Shown here piece by piece: positions 1 through 14,801 of a DNA stretch of 64,000 bases (the stretch's first letter is position 1; every line of letters begins with the position of its first letter). The stretch lies in NCBI GenBank assembly GCA_050613775.1, contig JBODTK010000101.1, positions 310,001 to 374,000 of the forward strand, read 5' to 3'. Position numbers and translations under genes: made by a program. This DNA is from Neocallimastix sp. 'constans'. Lineage: Eukaryota. A model generated the notes under the pieces. That model was not told where the DNA came from and did not search any database. It saw nothing but the letters and a program-made list of their open reading frames with translations.

Positions 1-19
1 TAAAGTAAGAAAAGTACAA

Positions 20-64
<45 letters not shown>

Positions 65-667
65 AAGCAATGGAAAGTTAATCTAACAAAAATATTCTAT
101 TTATTTTAAAAAATAAATTTAATTATTATTGATACTTATTATAAAAATATTTATAAAATTATTATATTATATATTAATAATAAATATATATATATATCTA
201 ATGTATATATAAATAATTATATATTCTTTAAATGATATATAATAATTGTAATAACTCTATAATACAAAAATTAAGAATTTTTTGTAATTACAATTTAATT
301 TATAAGAAAAATAATAATAATTTTATTATTTAAAAAAAAAAATAAAATAATATGATGGCTTTTAACAAAATAAATAAATTGAATTTTTTAAGAAATATAA
401 ATTTATCAATTTATAAATACAATCCAAAGATAAAAATATTAAATTTAATTATAATTTAATATTAAAAAAATAAAAACAGCTTTAAAATACTTACAAATTA
501 ATATAATAAATAATTAATTAATTAATTATTGGGAAAAAAAAATAAAAAATAACATTGTATAATATTTATAAATAATTATATTATTTTTCAATCTATATAT
601 ATATATATACAAATCTATATTAAGAATTTCAAAATTTGAATTTTAATGCATTTATCTTTTATTATTC

Positions 668-717
<50 letters not shown>

Positions 718-1872
718 TATTATTTTTAAAATTATAAAATATTTTATTAAAAAATATATTTCATAATTTTAAATAAATAATTATTAGTGTTATATTATTT
801 TATTCACTTTAATAATATATTTAATAATATACTAAACATTAATAATAATTTATTAATAACATATATAGTTATATATAGTTAATAAAAATTATAAAAAATA
901 TATCTAATTAAAATTCAATTAATATTAAATTATTATTATATTCATGAATATATTAAATTAAAAATTTTGTATATTAATAAATATAAAATTTAAAATATAA
1001 TATATTGTTTATCCATTTTTTTTTTTTTTGAAAATTACAAAAAAATTAATTTTTTTTTTTTTTTTTAGACTGGGATTAACGAGGGCCTCCAGTCTCTCCC
1101 TTAAACCTATTAGATTCTCATTGGATTCTTTATCATATTGTTTAAAAAAATGATATATAAAAAATTAAAATAGTTTATAATTATTATATAATATATAATT
1201 AAATAATTTTTATAATAAATATTAATTATAAACAGTAATTAATATATAAAATTATAAGTAAACTATAATATTTATATTAATAAATTTTAAAGTTATATTG
1301 CTACGCTTTTACATTTGAAGTATAAAGAAAAAAATAATTCATAATAAATTAAAATATTATATTAATTCATTTTTTTATTATTAAAATAATTAAATGTTAT
1401 TTTAAAAATAATTAGCTTTTATTTGATTGTTATTTAAATATATTATAAAAAATTATATATATCATTGTTCTTCATATCAAGTATAAATTAGTTATTGTTT
1501 TACTATATATTGATAAATAAATATAAAAAATTAAAAGAAAAAATTTAAATACTTAAAAGGAAACTTTATTATATAATTATTATATGTCGTTAAAAATTAA
1601 AAAATAAAAAAAAAAAAATAAAAAAAAAAATAAAATTTTGTTTTTTTTGCTTTTTTATTGATAGTATGAATATTTCAAAAAAAAATAGAATGAAAACTAT
1701 ATTGAAATATTTATAATATATAAAGAAAAATAAATATATATAAACATTTTTATTTATTTTCCAGCATTATTATAAAAGCTTTTTAGATCCCTTTATAATA
1801 AATACATTTAAAAAATACTTCTAAATTAATTTCATATTAATTCATTCATTTCAACAGTTTCTCATTTTAAAA

Positions 1873-2078
<206 letters not shown>

Positions 2079-2673
2079 ATTTTCTTTTTTTAAATTCATT
2101 TTAATATAAATCTAATTCCTTCATATTATAATTAGTTTTAAGAATTTTTTTAAAAATAAAAAATAATTAAATATATTTTTAAATTGGTTTGTTAAGTTAA
2201 AATTTAATTATTATACTATATTATTTCTCATGGTTTTTATAAGATTTATTAAATTATATAACAGTTTATTCATATATAAACTGTTATATTAATAAATTAA
2301 TTATATTAAAAATATATATTTTTATTATAAAATGTTTATATTTTAAACTTAATTTCTAATATATTGTAACTTTATTTAATAATAATTTTCATTTTTTTAC
2401 CTTGTTAGATAAATAAATTTTATAATAAAAAAAAAAAAGATAATTTACATTTTTTTTTTCTATTTCTATTGACCTTTTATAACCCTATATAAAATAAAAT
2501 CAATAATAATATCCTAAATTTTATTAAATTAAGTACTTGTCATGCAAGTTTTTTTCTTTTAATTATATAAAAGCTAATACGCTAATTGATTACTTATTTA
2601 AATTTAATTTTTAATTTTTATTTAATTTTTATTTTATTTTATTCAATCTGTATTTTAATTGTATTTATATACT

Positions 2674-2705
<32 letters not shown>

Positions 2706-2914
2706 GCTACAATATATATATATTTACACACTCATTATTCAGAAAATTACTAATATTAATATGTTTTTCACTAATTGATTTGTATAAAAAGTAAAAGATG
2801 TTTATTTAATTTAATAATAATTTTAAAAGTTAACTTATTTTAAATAAAATAAAATGAAATGAATAAAAATATTTTCAATTTTAATATGGTATCAATCTTT
2901 ATTTTATTTTATTT

Positions 2915-2948
<34 letters not shown>

Positions 2949-3311
2949 TGAATTAAGATATTAAAAATTAGATCTTAATTAAACTAGCTTATATAAAAGC
3001 TTAGTTAACAGATCCAATAAACAGATAATTTCCTTAAATAATTTCATTTAAATATCTTTAGTAATAAATATTTTAATATTATCAATAACTAATTAATTAA
3101 TTATAATTATATATATATATATATGCTTTTAGTATATTTCCAATAAATATATGAATATATGTATATTAATTTAAATAAAAATTTATATTACTACAATAAT
3201 AAACTAAACAATTTTCCAAATAATATATATATATAATATAAATATAATTTTTTTTTTTTTTTTTTTTAATATATTGATAGTTGATAAAGTAATGTTATTG
3301 ATTTTTTTTTG

Positions 3312-3342
<31 letters not shown>

Positions 3343-3360
3343 GATATTTCTAAAAATTTA

Positions 3361-5884
3361 TTAACTGGAGCAACAACAATCCTCACTACAATGTGGACCT
3401 GGTTGAGAACTATCAATATTATCTATAATTTCATCTGGTGGGAAAGCATTTCTATGACCGAAAGAAGAATCATATGGAATAAAATTACCAATGATTGCAA
3501 TGGGTATATCAAATTTATCACGATAGATTGTGAAAGAAAAGGAACATTTAACAACACGTCTAGTATTAGTTTGATTTATTAAAGCTGTAATAGATATAAT
3601 TGCTTTTTGACTTGTATCAAATGCAATTTCTGTAAATTTTTCCCAATAATCCATAGCGTATCCTTCAGGCATTATTTCATAAATTAATGTATCACCACAA
3701 ATTAATTTTTCCATAGGAATACCAGTTAAAAATGCAAAATGATGATTTGCTTTAAATATTTCACCATTTCTTCTCCATAAACAAGAAGGTAGAGGCATAC
3801 TTGCAAATACTCTATCAAATTTTACTAAAAGTCTTTCAAATGTTTCTTCAATCATTAACAAATCTAAATCCTCTACATGTAACGAATGTTCTTTTAAATT
3901 TTCTTGATATTTCGCTAAAACCATTGACATTTCTTTCTTTCGTTCAGTTGTAAGACGTAAATTTATATAAGATTTTAATCTTAAATATCCTTTTGCATAA
4001 TTATAAGGCTTAATTAATCCAACTTTATATTTTAGCATTAATAAATGTTCAAAATCTATTTCTTTTCCTTCTTCTGCTTGTTTTAATTCTAATGCACTTA
4101 AAAATTGATCCATTCTACCAAATGGACAAGTTTGACATCTTTTTGGCATATCATCACGGGATGAAATATAATGACAATAACCTACTAATGAATTATATTC
4201 AGAATTTGATGCTTCCGCTGGAAAATAAGGTGTTACACCCAAAAACGGAACACAAGGTATTGATGAATGAAATTCTTGTGGTTCTAACTTGTAATTTGGT
4301 TCGGGAACTAATTATTTAATATATATATATATATATAATTTGAAAAAAGATTTATATTAAGATTAATATTTATTTATTTATTATATTGATAATGAAAATT
4401 TTATAATATAAAAATATGCAATATAATAATAATAATAATAATTAATATAATAATAGAAATAATCATTTTTAAATATTTAGTATTAATATATATATTAAAC
4501 ATATTATATATATACATATATATTTTAGTTAATTATGTTATTTGTAATATTAATTATTTATAATTTTTCTTTTTTTCTACTTTATTTTATTTTATTTATT
4601 TATTCATTTTCATATATTTTATTTTTATTTTTATTTTATTTTATTTTATTTTATATTGAATATATTTATATAAATTTAAATAATATTTATATATTAAAAT
4701 ATTGTTATATATATATTATTCAACTTACTTATATCCTCTATAGCTGGGGTTTCCTCCTTTTGTATAGGAAATAAATTAGTATCATACTCTATATTAACAT
4801 CATCCGCTGAAGTTTCCATGAAATTTCCTAAGTTATTAGGAGATGCCATATTGTTAGCATATTGTAATAAATTTGCTCTATTAATATCTTTTATTTGTTC
4901 TATTAATTCTGGTGGTACTGTTTTTGAATTTGTTAAATGATTTATAATATCGTTTTGTTGTTTCTGTAATTCATACATTTTATGGATTTTTCTTTGTAAT
5001 TCTGCTGGAGTTAAATCAGGGAAAATAGGGCATGATGTACATTTTAAAGGATTTGTTAACTTTCTAGGTGCATCTTTACATAAATTAGGGACGCCCTTTG
5101 CTATGCAACGTGAGCATGGTCTTTTATTATCACATGACAAATGTGATCTACGGCATAAGATACATGCCACTGATACCTTTTTCCTTTTTTCTTTTATTTC
5201 ACTTTTATCACTACTTTCACTATCTTTTCCTTTTTTATCACCTTCTTTTCTAGATTTTTTTATTTCTGAATTAGTTGGGTGACCTCTTTTCCGTTTATTA
5301 GCCTTTTGTTTTGCTTCATTTTTTATTTTATTTTTAATTATTCTTTCATATAAATTATCTGCTTCTTTTTCTTCCTCTACTTTTTTTACTTCTTCGTTTT
5401 CTTGTATTTCTTGAAAATTTAGATTTAAATTTAAATTTAAATTTTGATTTAGATTTTGATTTTGATTTTGATTTTGATTTTGATTTTGATTTTGATTTTG
5501 ATTTTGATTTTGATTTTGATTTTGATTTAGACTTAGATTTTGATTTAGATTTTGATTTTGAATTAAATTTTCATTATCATCTCCTGATATAATTTCGTAT
5601 ACATTCTCAGTTGTATTAGATAAATTATCACTATTATTTTCAATTGTTGAATTTCCACTTCCAAGGTCATTTTCATACTCCAGCTCACCATCATCTTCCT
5701 CTTCTAATTCAATTAAATCATTAATATCATAATCTTCATATGGAATCTCCTGAATGACTCTTTTAACATTGGGTTCTTGCATTACATTTAAATTATTTTC
5801 TATTTCATTTTTATTTTTCCGTTTATCATTAACAAAAAGATCTATTAATGAATTTAACCCTTCAATTGGAATTATATCACTCAT
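3361..5884 (-). CDS. RDS2: Zn(II)2Cys6 transcription factor with C-terminal PAS fold, Rds2/AcuM (Ert1/Gsm1 family)-like; 2 exons, about 700 aa
   Basis: Exon 1 5884-4729 (donor GTAAGT) and exon 2 4307-3361 (acceptor TAG) join in frame (1156+947=2103 nt). Binuclear cluster ACILCRRSHLSCDNKRPCSRCIAKGVPNLC. C-terminal KPYNYAKGY, SCLWRRNGEIFKAN, YWEKFTEIAFDTSQKA and CSFSFTIYRDKFDIPIAIIGNFIP are typical of this family. The specific orthologue is less certain than the family. Confidence 0.88.
5420..5560. repeat. (GATTTT)n coding hexamer repeat, giving a QN/LN dipeptide tract
   Basis: Tandem TTTTGA units inside exon 1 of the Zn2Cys6 gene, translating to NQNQNQ...NLNL. Confidence 0.9.
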
Positions 5885-7380
5885 TTTACTCAGTTATTTT
5901 ATATTTTATTATTTATAATAATTAATAAAAAACCTCTAATTATTTATAAAATATAAATTAAATTATTATACACATATGTATTTATTGTAAAGGTTTACTT
6001 CTTTATTTCTTCTTTATTTTCTTATAAGATTGAATGTGAAAAAAATATAATAATATATAATAATTTCTATTAATAATTTTTTATTATTTATTATATATTT
6101 GTTATATCATTTAATTATTCATAATATTTTTAATTTCTTTTTTGTAATATAAAAAAAAAAAAGAGTAAAAATTTCATTTTATATATATCAAAATATGAAA
6201 AGAAATGGTAAAATGTCGTTTAAATATTATATTTTTAGAAATTATTAAATTATTTCTTTCTAGAAAAATATATATATGTTTATTGATTTAATTATAAATA
6301 TATTCAAAAATAATCAATTTTTAGAAAATAATAAAATATTTAACATAATACAATTATTTTATTATTTTTTAATATGAATAATATTAAGCAATAGATACAG
6401 TAACAAAAATATAGTAATAAATAAACAATAAAAAAAGAAAAAATTTTATTATAAAAATTATTATACTTATTTCTAATTTTATAGAAGAATCTTTTTTTTT
6501 TTTTTTTTATAATAAAAGAAAAAATATTAATGTATATAAATAAATAAATAAAAATGAAATAAAAAAAATATAAAATATAGATTTATCTATTTTTATTATT
6601 TTTATATTAATTTTAGTTTTATCTATTATATTAATAATAAGTTTTTTTATGTATTGTATAATATAATGTAATATATTTGAAATTGTATTTTTTTTTTTTT
6701 TGTTTGTTTGTTTTTACTTTATTTTATATTTTATTTTATTCATTATTTTTTTTTTTTTAATATTTATTAATAAAATTTACAGATACTTAAAATATTTATA
6801 CCTATATTACTATTATAAATATTAAACATTAAAACTTCTGGAGAAATTAACTATATATATATTAATTAATAAAATATTATTTTATTTAATCAATTATTTA
6901 ATTATATTTAAAAATTTATTTAATCATATATAAAAATTTATTTAATTAAAATATTTATTCATTATCTAAATATTTTTCAATTTTTGCGAAGATAGATATG
7001 AAAAACTAAATAATAAATATTTTAATTATAAAAGTTTGCGGGGAAAAATCATATATATTATATTTAATTTGTATTATATATAATATATAATATTATGTAT
7101 TAATTTAAATAAATATAAAAAACTACTTTTTTTTTTTTGGTGTTAAAAAATTATTTTTATTTATATTGAAATTAGTTTATAAAAAATAACAAATATAATG
7201 TAATATACAAAATATTAAAATATAAAATATTTATGAAAATAAATATAAATCATTTTAGTTAATATATATAAATATATATATTCTCCAAATTATAGGAAAG
7301 TTATTCCAATAAAAAAGAATTATTATTAATGTAAATTAAAATTAATTAGATTGTATAATATTAGGAATTTGGAATTTATA

Positions 7381-8472
7381 TGTTAACTTTATTAAATTGT
7401 GATTAAGGGTTATTTTGAGTTACTTATTAAGTAAACTAACGATTTAAACTAATACGAATATACATGTATTTGTATGTTTATATTGTGGCTTATATATTTA
7501 ATTCATTACAATATGTATTAATATATTTGACATGTATTAAATATGCTTAAATATGTAATTTAATATGTTTTTAATAAATATGACATTTATTTCATATGTT
7601 TTCACATATTCTAACATTCCCCCTCAAACCTAATTGTTTGAATAAAATAATTTGGTTTGTCGGTGAATATGTGTATTATTTCTTTAAACCAAATTTTCCT
7701 AATTCAATAAAATTATCTAAATAATTTAGTTAAATTTTGCAAATTGATATTATTATTCCCCCTCAGGTTAGTATTCTTAAATTATGATATTATGTTTAAG
7801 CCTAAGAATTCATATAAGTTTATTAGAATATTAACCAATAATTTAATGATCATAACATTTTATTAATGTAGTGAAATGAGGTGACTAATATTGTCACTGC
7901 TTGTTTTAGTAAGTCGGAGTCACAATATTTTATAATATTGGTCTATTTTATATAAGAATATATGATCAATGTATATAGTTGTATATTGTATTAAATGAAA
8001 AATATTGCTAAACTGAAAAAGCATTACACTTAACTACATATGCTCATATCTACAACTATTTTAATAAATGCATATAAGAACTATAAGTCAATAACTGATG
8101 CTTTTAGATTAGAAATAACTGGTGATTGTTAATGTTATATAAACTACATATCATCTTATGGTAACATCAATAAGATTTTTGTTATAATAAATAATTAGTC
8201 ATCTTGAATAGCTTCAAATAGAGTCAGACGAGATTAAAACTTCATCGAATTATATAACTCATTGGTTAAATATTATGCTTTCTTGTATTGAAGTATCTTA
8301 GCAATAATTGTAGTTATACGTGTATTTATATGCATATATTGTGGCTTGTATATTTAATTTATTACAATATTCATTAATATATTTGACATGTATTGAATAT
8401 GTTACAATAAATAATTTAATATGTTTTTAATAAAATATGACATTTATTTCATTTGTTTCACATATTCTAACA
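7381..8472 (-). mobile_element. Decayed, internally deleted LTR retroelement (probably Ty1/copia)
   Basis: LTR 7381-7616 has TGTTA...TAACA termini and is abutted by TTCCCCCTCAA, which is a polypurine tract on the minus strand. A second, truncated direct copy at ~8316-8472 ends in the same CATATTCTAACA. The ~700 bp interior has no intact ORF, only weak copia RNase H-like traces. Confidence 0.8.
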
Positions 8473-8780
8473 AATAATAATAATAATTAATAAATTAATA
8501 ATAAAACACTTTACTTTCTTTTCATAAGAATAATATATTTTTTATGATTTATATATTAAAAACATTTTAAATATTTATATATCTACTTTTTATATTTTAT
8601 TTTATATTTTATCTTTTGTTCTACTTTTTTTTTTTAAAAAAAAAAAAAAAAGAAAGAAAAAAAAAAGCATACGAAATTAAATAAATAATTAATAAAATAA
8701 TAATAATAAAAAAAAACTACATAAAGATAAAATTGATACTATTAAAATAACAACAAGTTATATAATTCTAATACTAATAC

Positions 8781-8812
<32 letters not shown>

Positions 8813-8958
8813 TGAAGTAAAATTAAATAAACATATTATTAATTCAAAAAAAGATGAGAAAATAAAAATAATTAAATAGAAAATAATTATATATTGAAAT
8901 AAGATATACAGATATATATGTATTACATAATTTCTTCTAAATTTTTTTTTAAAGAAAG

Positions 8959-9003
<45 letters not shown>

Positions 9004-9048
9004 AATTAAATCAAATATTATTTAAACCATAATAAATTGATATATATT

Positions 9049-9081
<33 letters not shown>

Positions 9082-9170
9082 AAAACTTTTTCCTTTTTTA
9101 GTAATAATAAAATAATTAATTTTTTATTATGGAAAAAAAAATAAAAAAATAAAAAAAGATAAAATAATAT

Positions 9171-10860
9171 TTAATTAAATGTGATAACAATATTCGATCC
9201 ATCAAGCAAATATCTAATATAAAACCAATAGAAAATATATATAAAAAAAAAAAAAAAAAAAGAATAAAATTATTAATATATTAAATAATTAAAAATAATT
9301 TCTAAAATATTTTAATTTGTATTTTTTTAAAAAAAAAAAAAAAAAAAAAATAAAATAAAAAATAAATAAATAAATAAATAAATAAATTTACCTATTATAT
9401 TTTCGTCTGAAGCGAACGGCAGAATTTGATGAATCGAACGTTATTTCAGCGGTTAATTTTTTTGGATCAAATTTTATATGCTATTATAATATAATTAAAA
9501 TAAAGCAATATATATATATATTTAATAAAATATTAAATAATTAAATATAATAAAATAAAATGGAAAAATAAAATATTAGTTTTTAAATTAAATTTGAATT
9601 TTATTTTATTTTATTTTATTTTATATAATTTTATATTTATATTTATAAAATATAAATATAGCAATATTTTAAATTAATGAATACAATAATTGATATATAT
9701 ATTTTTATTCAAAATTTATGAATTTATATTTACCCTTAGGTTTCCTTCAGATTTAGCTAATTTTATTAAAGTACTTTTAGTTGTTTTTGAACTAATATTT
9801 TTAATTAAGATATTTGATGAAGCAGATAATAATGTTGTATGAATTTTATTTGTATCTTTATTTGTATCTTCAGTGTTTGAATGATTATCATAATCATCTG
9901 TATCATTATAATTATCATTATTTGAATGATATGAATTTATTTTTGAAGATTTTGATTCATTCCTATCATCCCTTTTTATATAATTCGTTATTATTAAAAA
10001 ATAAAAATAAAAATAAAATAAACAAATAAACAAATAAAAAATAATATATATATATGTAAATTTTAATTACTTAAATTATATATATTTATTATAAATATTA
10101 TTATAATTACAAAAAAAAAAAAAAAAAAAAAAAATAAAAATAAAAATAAAAATAAAAATAAAATAAAAAAATAAAATAAAATAAAATAAAAAAAAATTAA
10201 AAAAAAAAATTTTTTTTTCTAATATTTAAATAAATTACCTTAAATCATAGTCCGATGAAGAACGTTTTCTCTTATAGGATGATCTTTGATTTTGTCTTGA
10301 ACCCGCACCACTAATACTATGTGAAACATTGGAACGTCTGTTATCTTCATTATCAGAATATTTATCAGAATAATAATCATCATCTTCACTATTATTATTA
10401 TATTTATGGCTATTATTATTATTATTATTATTATTACGTTTTGATTTTGAATATTTTGAATTTGATTTTTCATAGTCATGATCATCTGAATATCTTTTTG
10501 ATGAAGAATTTCTATCATCACGTTTTGACATAGATCTTCTTGAGCCTCCTTTATCATCACGCCTATTTGATGGTTTCTTTGATGAATCTCCGTCTCTGTT
10601 ATCCCTATTGTCTCTATTATTCCTATTTGAATATTTCGATGAATTTCCTCTATTATCACGATTATAATCATCATTACGTTTAGATGAAGACTTATTGGAA
10701 TACTTATAATTTTTACGATTATTATTAGAGGATCTATTATTACTATTACTACTGTTATCAGAGCTGTTGTTATCATATTCATTTTCACTTTCACTATTTT
10801 CGGAACCCCTTGAATTATTATCTGAATCATAATCATTATATTGTTGTTTATTATTATATG

Positions 10861-10918
<58 letters not shown>

Positions 10919-11371
10919 TCCATTATTATTATTTCCATTATTATTATTATTTTTTTGTTGTGATCTTCCACCATCTTGTTTATCAAAGTACATCTTCTGA
11001 TTATTTTGATTCATCATTTTATCCTTTGATATTGTCCTTTTCCTATACATATCATCATATCCCATTAGTGGTCTTTGAAAATTTTGCATATATGGATTGA
11101 AAAACTTATTTTTTTTTTTTTTTTTTATTGTTATTTTTGTTTTTATGAAAATGATTCATTTAATAAAATAGTATATATATATATATTATATTAAATAAAT
11201 ATACATATAAATAATATATAAAATAAAAATATTAAATAATACTTTAATAAAGTTTTACAATAATAATATATATATTATTACAATTATATAATTATACTAT
11301 ATTTAAATTAATTTTTATTTTCAGATTTTTAATTTTAAAAAAATACAAAATAAATAGATAAATAAAAATAA

Positions 11372-11421
<50 letters not shown>

Positions 11422-12628
11422 AATTACAAAAATGAATTACTCTTTGATGCTGTTCTGGATAACCCATTCCAGGATTCATTGGCATCATTGGTTGCATCAT
11501 AGGATTCATTGGCATCATATTCATATTACCATACATTGGTTGATTATATCTCATAAATTGATTATTAAAATTATTATTTCCCATTAAACCAAACTTAGGA
11601 TTAATATAAATTTTTTGATTTAAATTTCTAAGCATGGGTCTATTCATTGGTGCCATTGGATACATTCTAAAAATGGATAATAATAATAAAATCATTAATA
11701 AAAAAATTTTTTATTTTTATTTTTTATTTTTTTTTTTTTTATTGGATTTTTTCGATTATAGACAATTTATAAATAATTATATATATTTTTAAAAAAAAAA
11801 AAAAAAAAAAAAAATACTTTATTTCTAATTTGGATATTTCATTATTTTAAAAATAAAAATATTTATTATTAATTATATAAATAATTTAATAATGATACTA
11901 ATACATGTATATATAATTTACCTATTCATATTCATATTTCTTTTATTATATGGCATTTTATTTGGATACATTTTTTTATTTAATTTATTATACATATTAT
12001 TCATTTTATTATTCCTTGCTTGGTTTCCATTTTTTTGATTAGTATGTTGTATGAATCCTGATTCATGTACTTCACCTTCTTCTTTTGATTTTTCTTCTAA
12101 ATTTTCATTATTATTAGCATTATTATCATCTATTTCATCTTCATCATTAATATTATTTTGATAATCGTTTGTATCATTGGAACGTTCATTAGCATCATCA
12201 TCCATATTTCCTGAATTATCCAAAATATCACCATTATTTGAATCTTGGTTGAAATCAAAATCATTACCATTATCATTGGTATCATTATCATAAATATTAT
12301 CATTCTCATATACTTGATTATCATCTATATAATCATCTTCATTATCTAATGAATAATCTACTTCATCTTCATCAACTAAACCACTACCAGTATATTCATT
12401 TTTAGTTGTAGAACTATTTAAATCTGTATCCAATGTCTCTTCATTATCAATAGTTAGATTTTCGTCATTATTTGTTACTTTTTCAATATCTTCATTATTC
12501 AGAGAATTATCAATTTTGATGTCATCATCATAATTTTGATTATCTTCAATATTATTTGATATTTCATTATCATTATTTATAAATGTATTTTCGTTCTCAA
12601 TATTTAAATTTGCTTCGTTATCATCCAT
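9171..12628 (-). CDS. Low-complexity RNA-binding protein with C-terminal RRM (RBM33-like architecture); 6 exons
   Basis: In-frame GT-AG exons 12628-11922, 11666-11441, 11104-10239, 9971-9734, 9480-9392, 9213-9171. Acidic D/N N-terminus, M/P/N-rich region containing KIYINPKF, R/S/D-rich region, then an RRM-like end: ILIKNISSKTTKSTLIKLAKSEGNLRHIKFDPKKLTAEITFDSSNSAVRFRRKYNRYLLDGSNIVITFN. Confidence 0.8.
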
Positions 12629-14278
12629 TTTTAATATATAATAAATAAAATATGAATCAAATTTTAAAGATAGGTATTATTATTTAAATTATTGCTTTCT
12701 TTTTTCAATAATTAATTTTTTTTTTTTTTTTTTAATAAAAAAAATAAAAAAAAAAACTTTCAAATATAGAAACAAAAAAAAGTTTTTTTTTTTTTTTAAA
12801 AAAAAAAAATAGTAATAAAATAATTAAGAAATAATAAAATTAAAGATAAAAAACAACTAAAGAGGTACTTTTTTTTTTTAATAACGTTGTAATATAATAT
12901 ATTAATATAACAAATATTAATATAAAATATTTTGTCTATCTTTATTGTAAATATATATAAAAAAAAGATTATTAGTTTATATTGTTCACTTATATCATAC
13001 AAATATTTGTGAAAACAGTTTTAAATGAATGTTAAAAATTTTAAATATAGAAATATATAATATCGAAAATTAATAAATTAATGAAATATAAAATAGTTTT
13101 TTAAATATAAAATTTTATTTAAAAGAATAAATATAATTTATGAAATTAAACATGAGTCTTTTATTAATAATAATTGTTTATGAAGTTAAAAATTTTTGGA
13201 ATTTGGTTTGAATGAAGAATAATATTATTATTATTATCTATTCATGACATTTATTTTATATATATTTTAATATTTTAAAGTTTTTTTTTTTTTTTTTTTT
13301 TTTTTAATAAAAGTTTAGTGTATGAGTATTTGGTTAATATTGAATAAATTTTTTATTTATTGATATTTTAAAGAATTTTCTCTTAAATGTTTTTTCTTAT
13401 TTTTCCTTTTATATGTTTAAAGTTTGTGTATTAAGTTTAATAATTGAATAAAAAATATTACTTATAAAATATTGATAAATAAACTTATATTTTGCATATT
13501 GATAAATAATTTTTTTTTCTGTATTAATATTTTAAGTGGTGTATTATATGTATATATATATAATAATGATAGTATTATATTGAAAATATTCATATATTAT
13601 AAATAATATAAAAAATGAACATTTTATATTTTGTTAATTATGAATTTTTTAAATGAAGGATGAACATTATATAAATTCTATTTTATATTAATTAAAATAT
13701 ATTTTTAATAATATATTATATAGTTAATAAATTTATCATTAACAGTAATAATAATTCATAATTAACAATAATATATATTAATAAATATATTAAAATTTTA
13801 TTATTCGTTATTTTATGTTTTAAATTTTTTTTTTCTTTTGTTCATCATGATTATTTATTCAATTTTAGTTTATTATTTTATTGGTATTGATATTATAATT
13901 GCTTTTATAACTATTATATTAATACAATACTTTTATTATGCCTTGAATGGATATAAAAATTTTTTGTATGTTATAATTCCATATATTATAATTATGTACT
14001 TTCTTATTTTTAATAAAAAAAAAATAAAAAATAGAAAATTTAATATAGAAAAATAAAAATAAAAAAAAAAAAGAACTAAAAAAAAGAACGAAATTATACT
14101 ATATAACAATTTTTTAAAAAATTAGCAAAATAAAATATATAATAAAACAAATTATAATAAGAAGATATATATTTTATTTATATTATATATTACATTTTAA
14201 ATAAATTATTTTTTTATAAAAAAAAAAGGATTTTTTTAATATTTATATACTTTAAATATATATAAGATATAAGATATA

Positions 14279-14309
<31 letters not shown>

Positions 14310-14685
14310 GCCTTATTATATATGTGAATTAATGGTATTTCTTTTGTGCTTTTTTTTTTTAAAAAAAAAAATAATAATAATAACAATAAAAGGATTTGAT
14401 TTATTTTATAAAATAATAATTTAAATTTTATAATATTTTTAGTTTAATGAATTTCAATTCATCTATTTTTTTAGAAAAAAATAATTTATTTATATTGCAA
14501 ATATTAATTTTTTAAAAATAATTATTATAATAATTTAATAATACTTTAAATTGGTAACAAAAAAAAGAAAAAGAAAAAAAAAAAAGGATTTCCAATAATA
14601 ATAAAAATAATAAAATATATTTTTGACATAAAAATAGCATAAAACTTTATTTTATTTGTTAATATAAATAATATAGTTAACATAT

Positions 14686-14801
14686 ATTATTTATTATTTA
14701 TTATTTATTATTTATTATTTATTATTTATTATTTATTATTTATTATTTATTATTTATTATTTATTATTTATTATTTATTATTTATTATTTATTATTTATT
14801 A
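14686..14801. repeat. (TTATTTA)n heptamer tandem repeat
   Basis: Same 7-nt unit as the arrays at 22652-22930 and 45511-46147. Confidence 0.85.

Noticed and set aside
10240..10986. 248-aa Ile-rich overlapping ORF
   Set aside because: Alternative frame of the Asn-rich exon 3 of the RRM gene.
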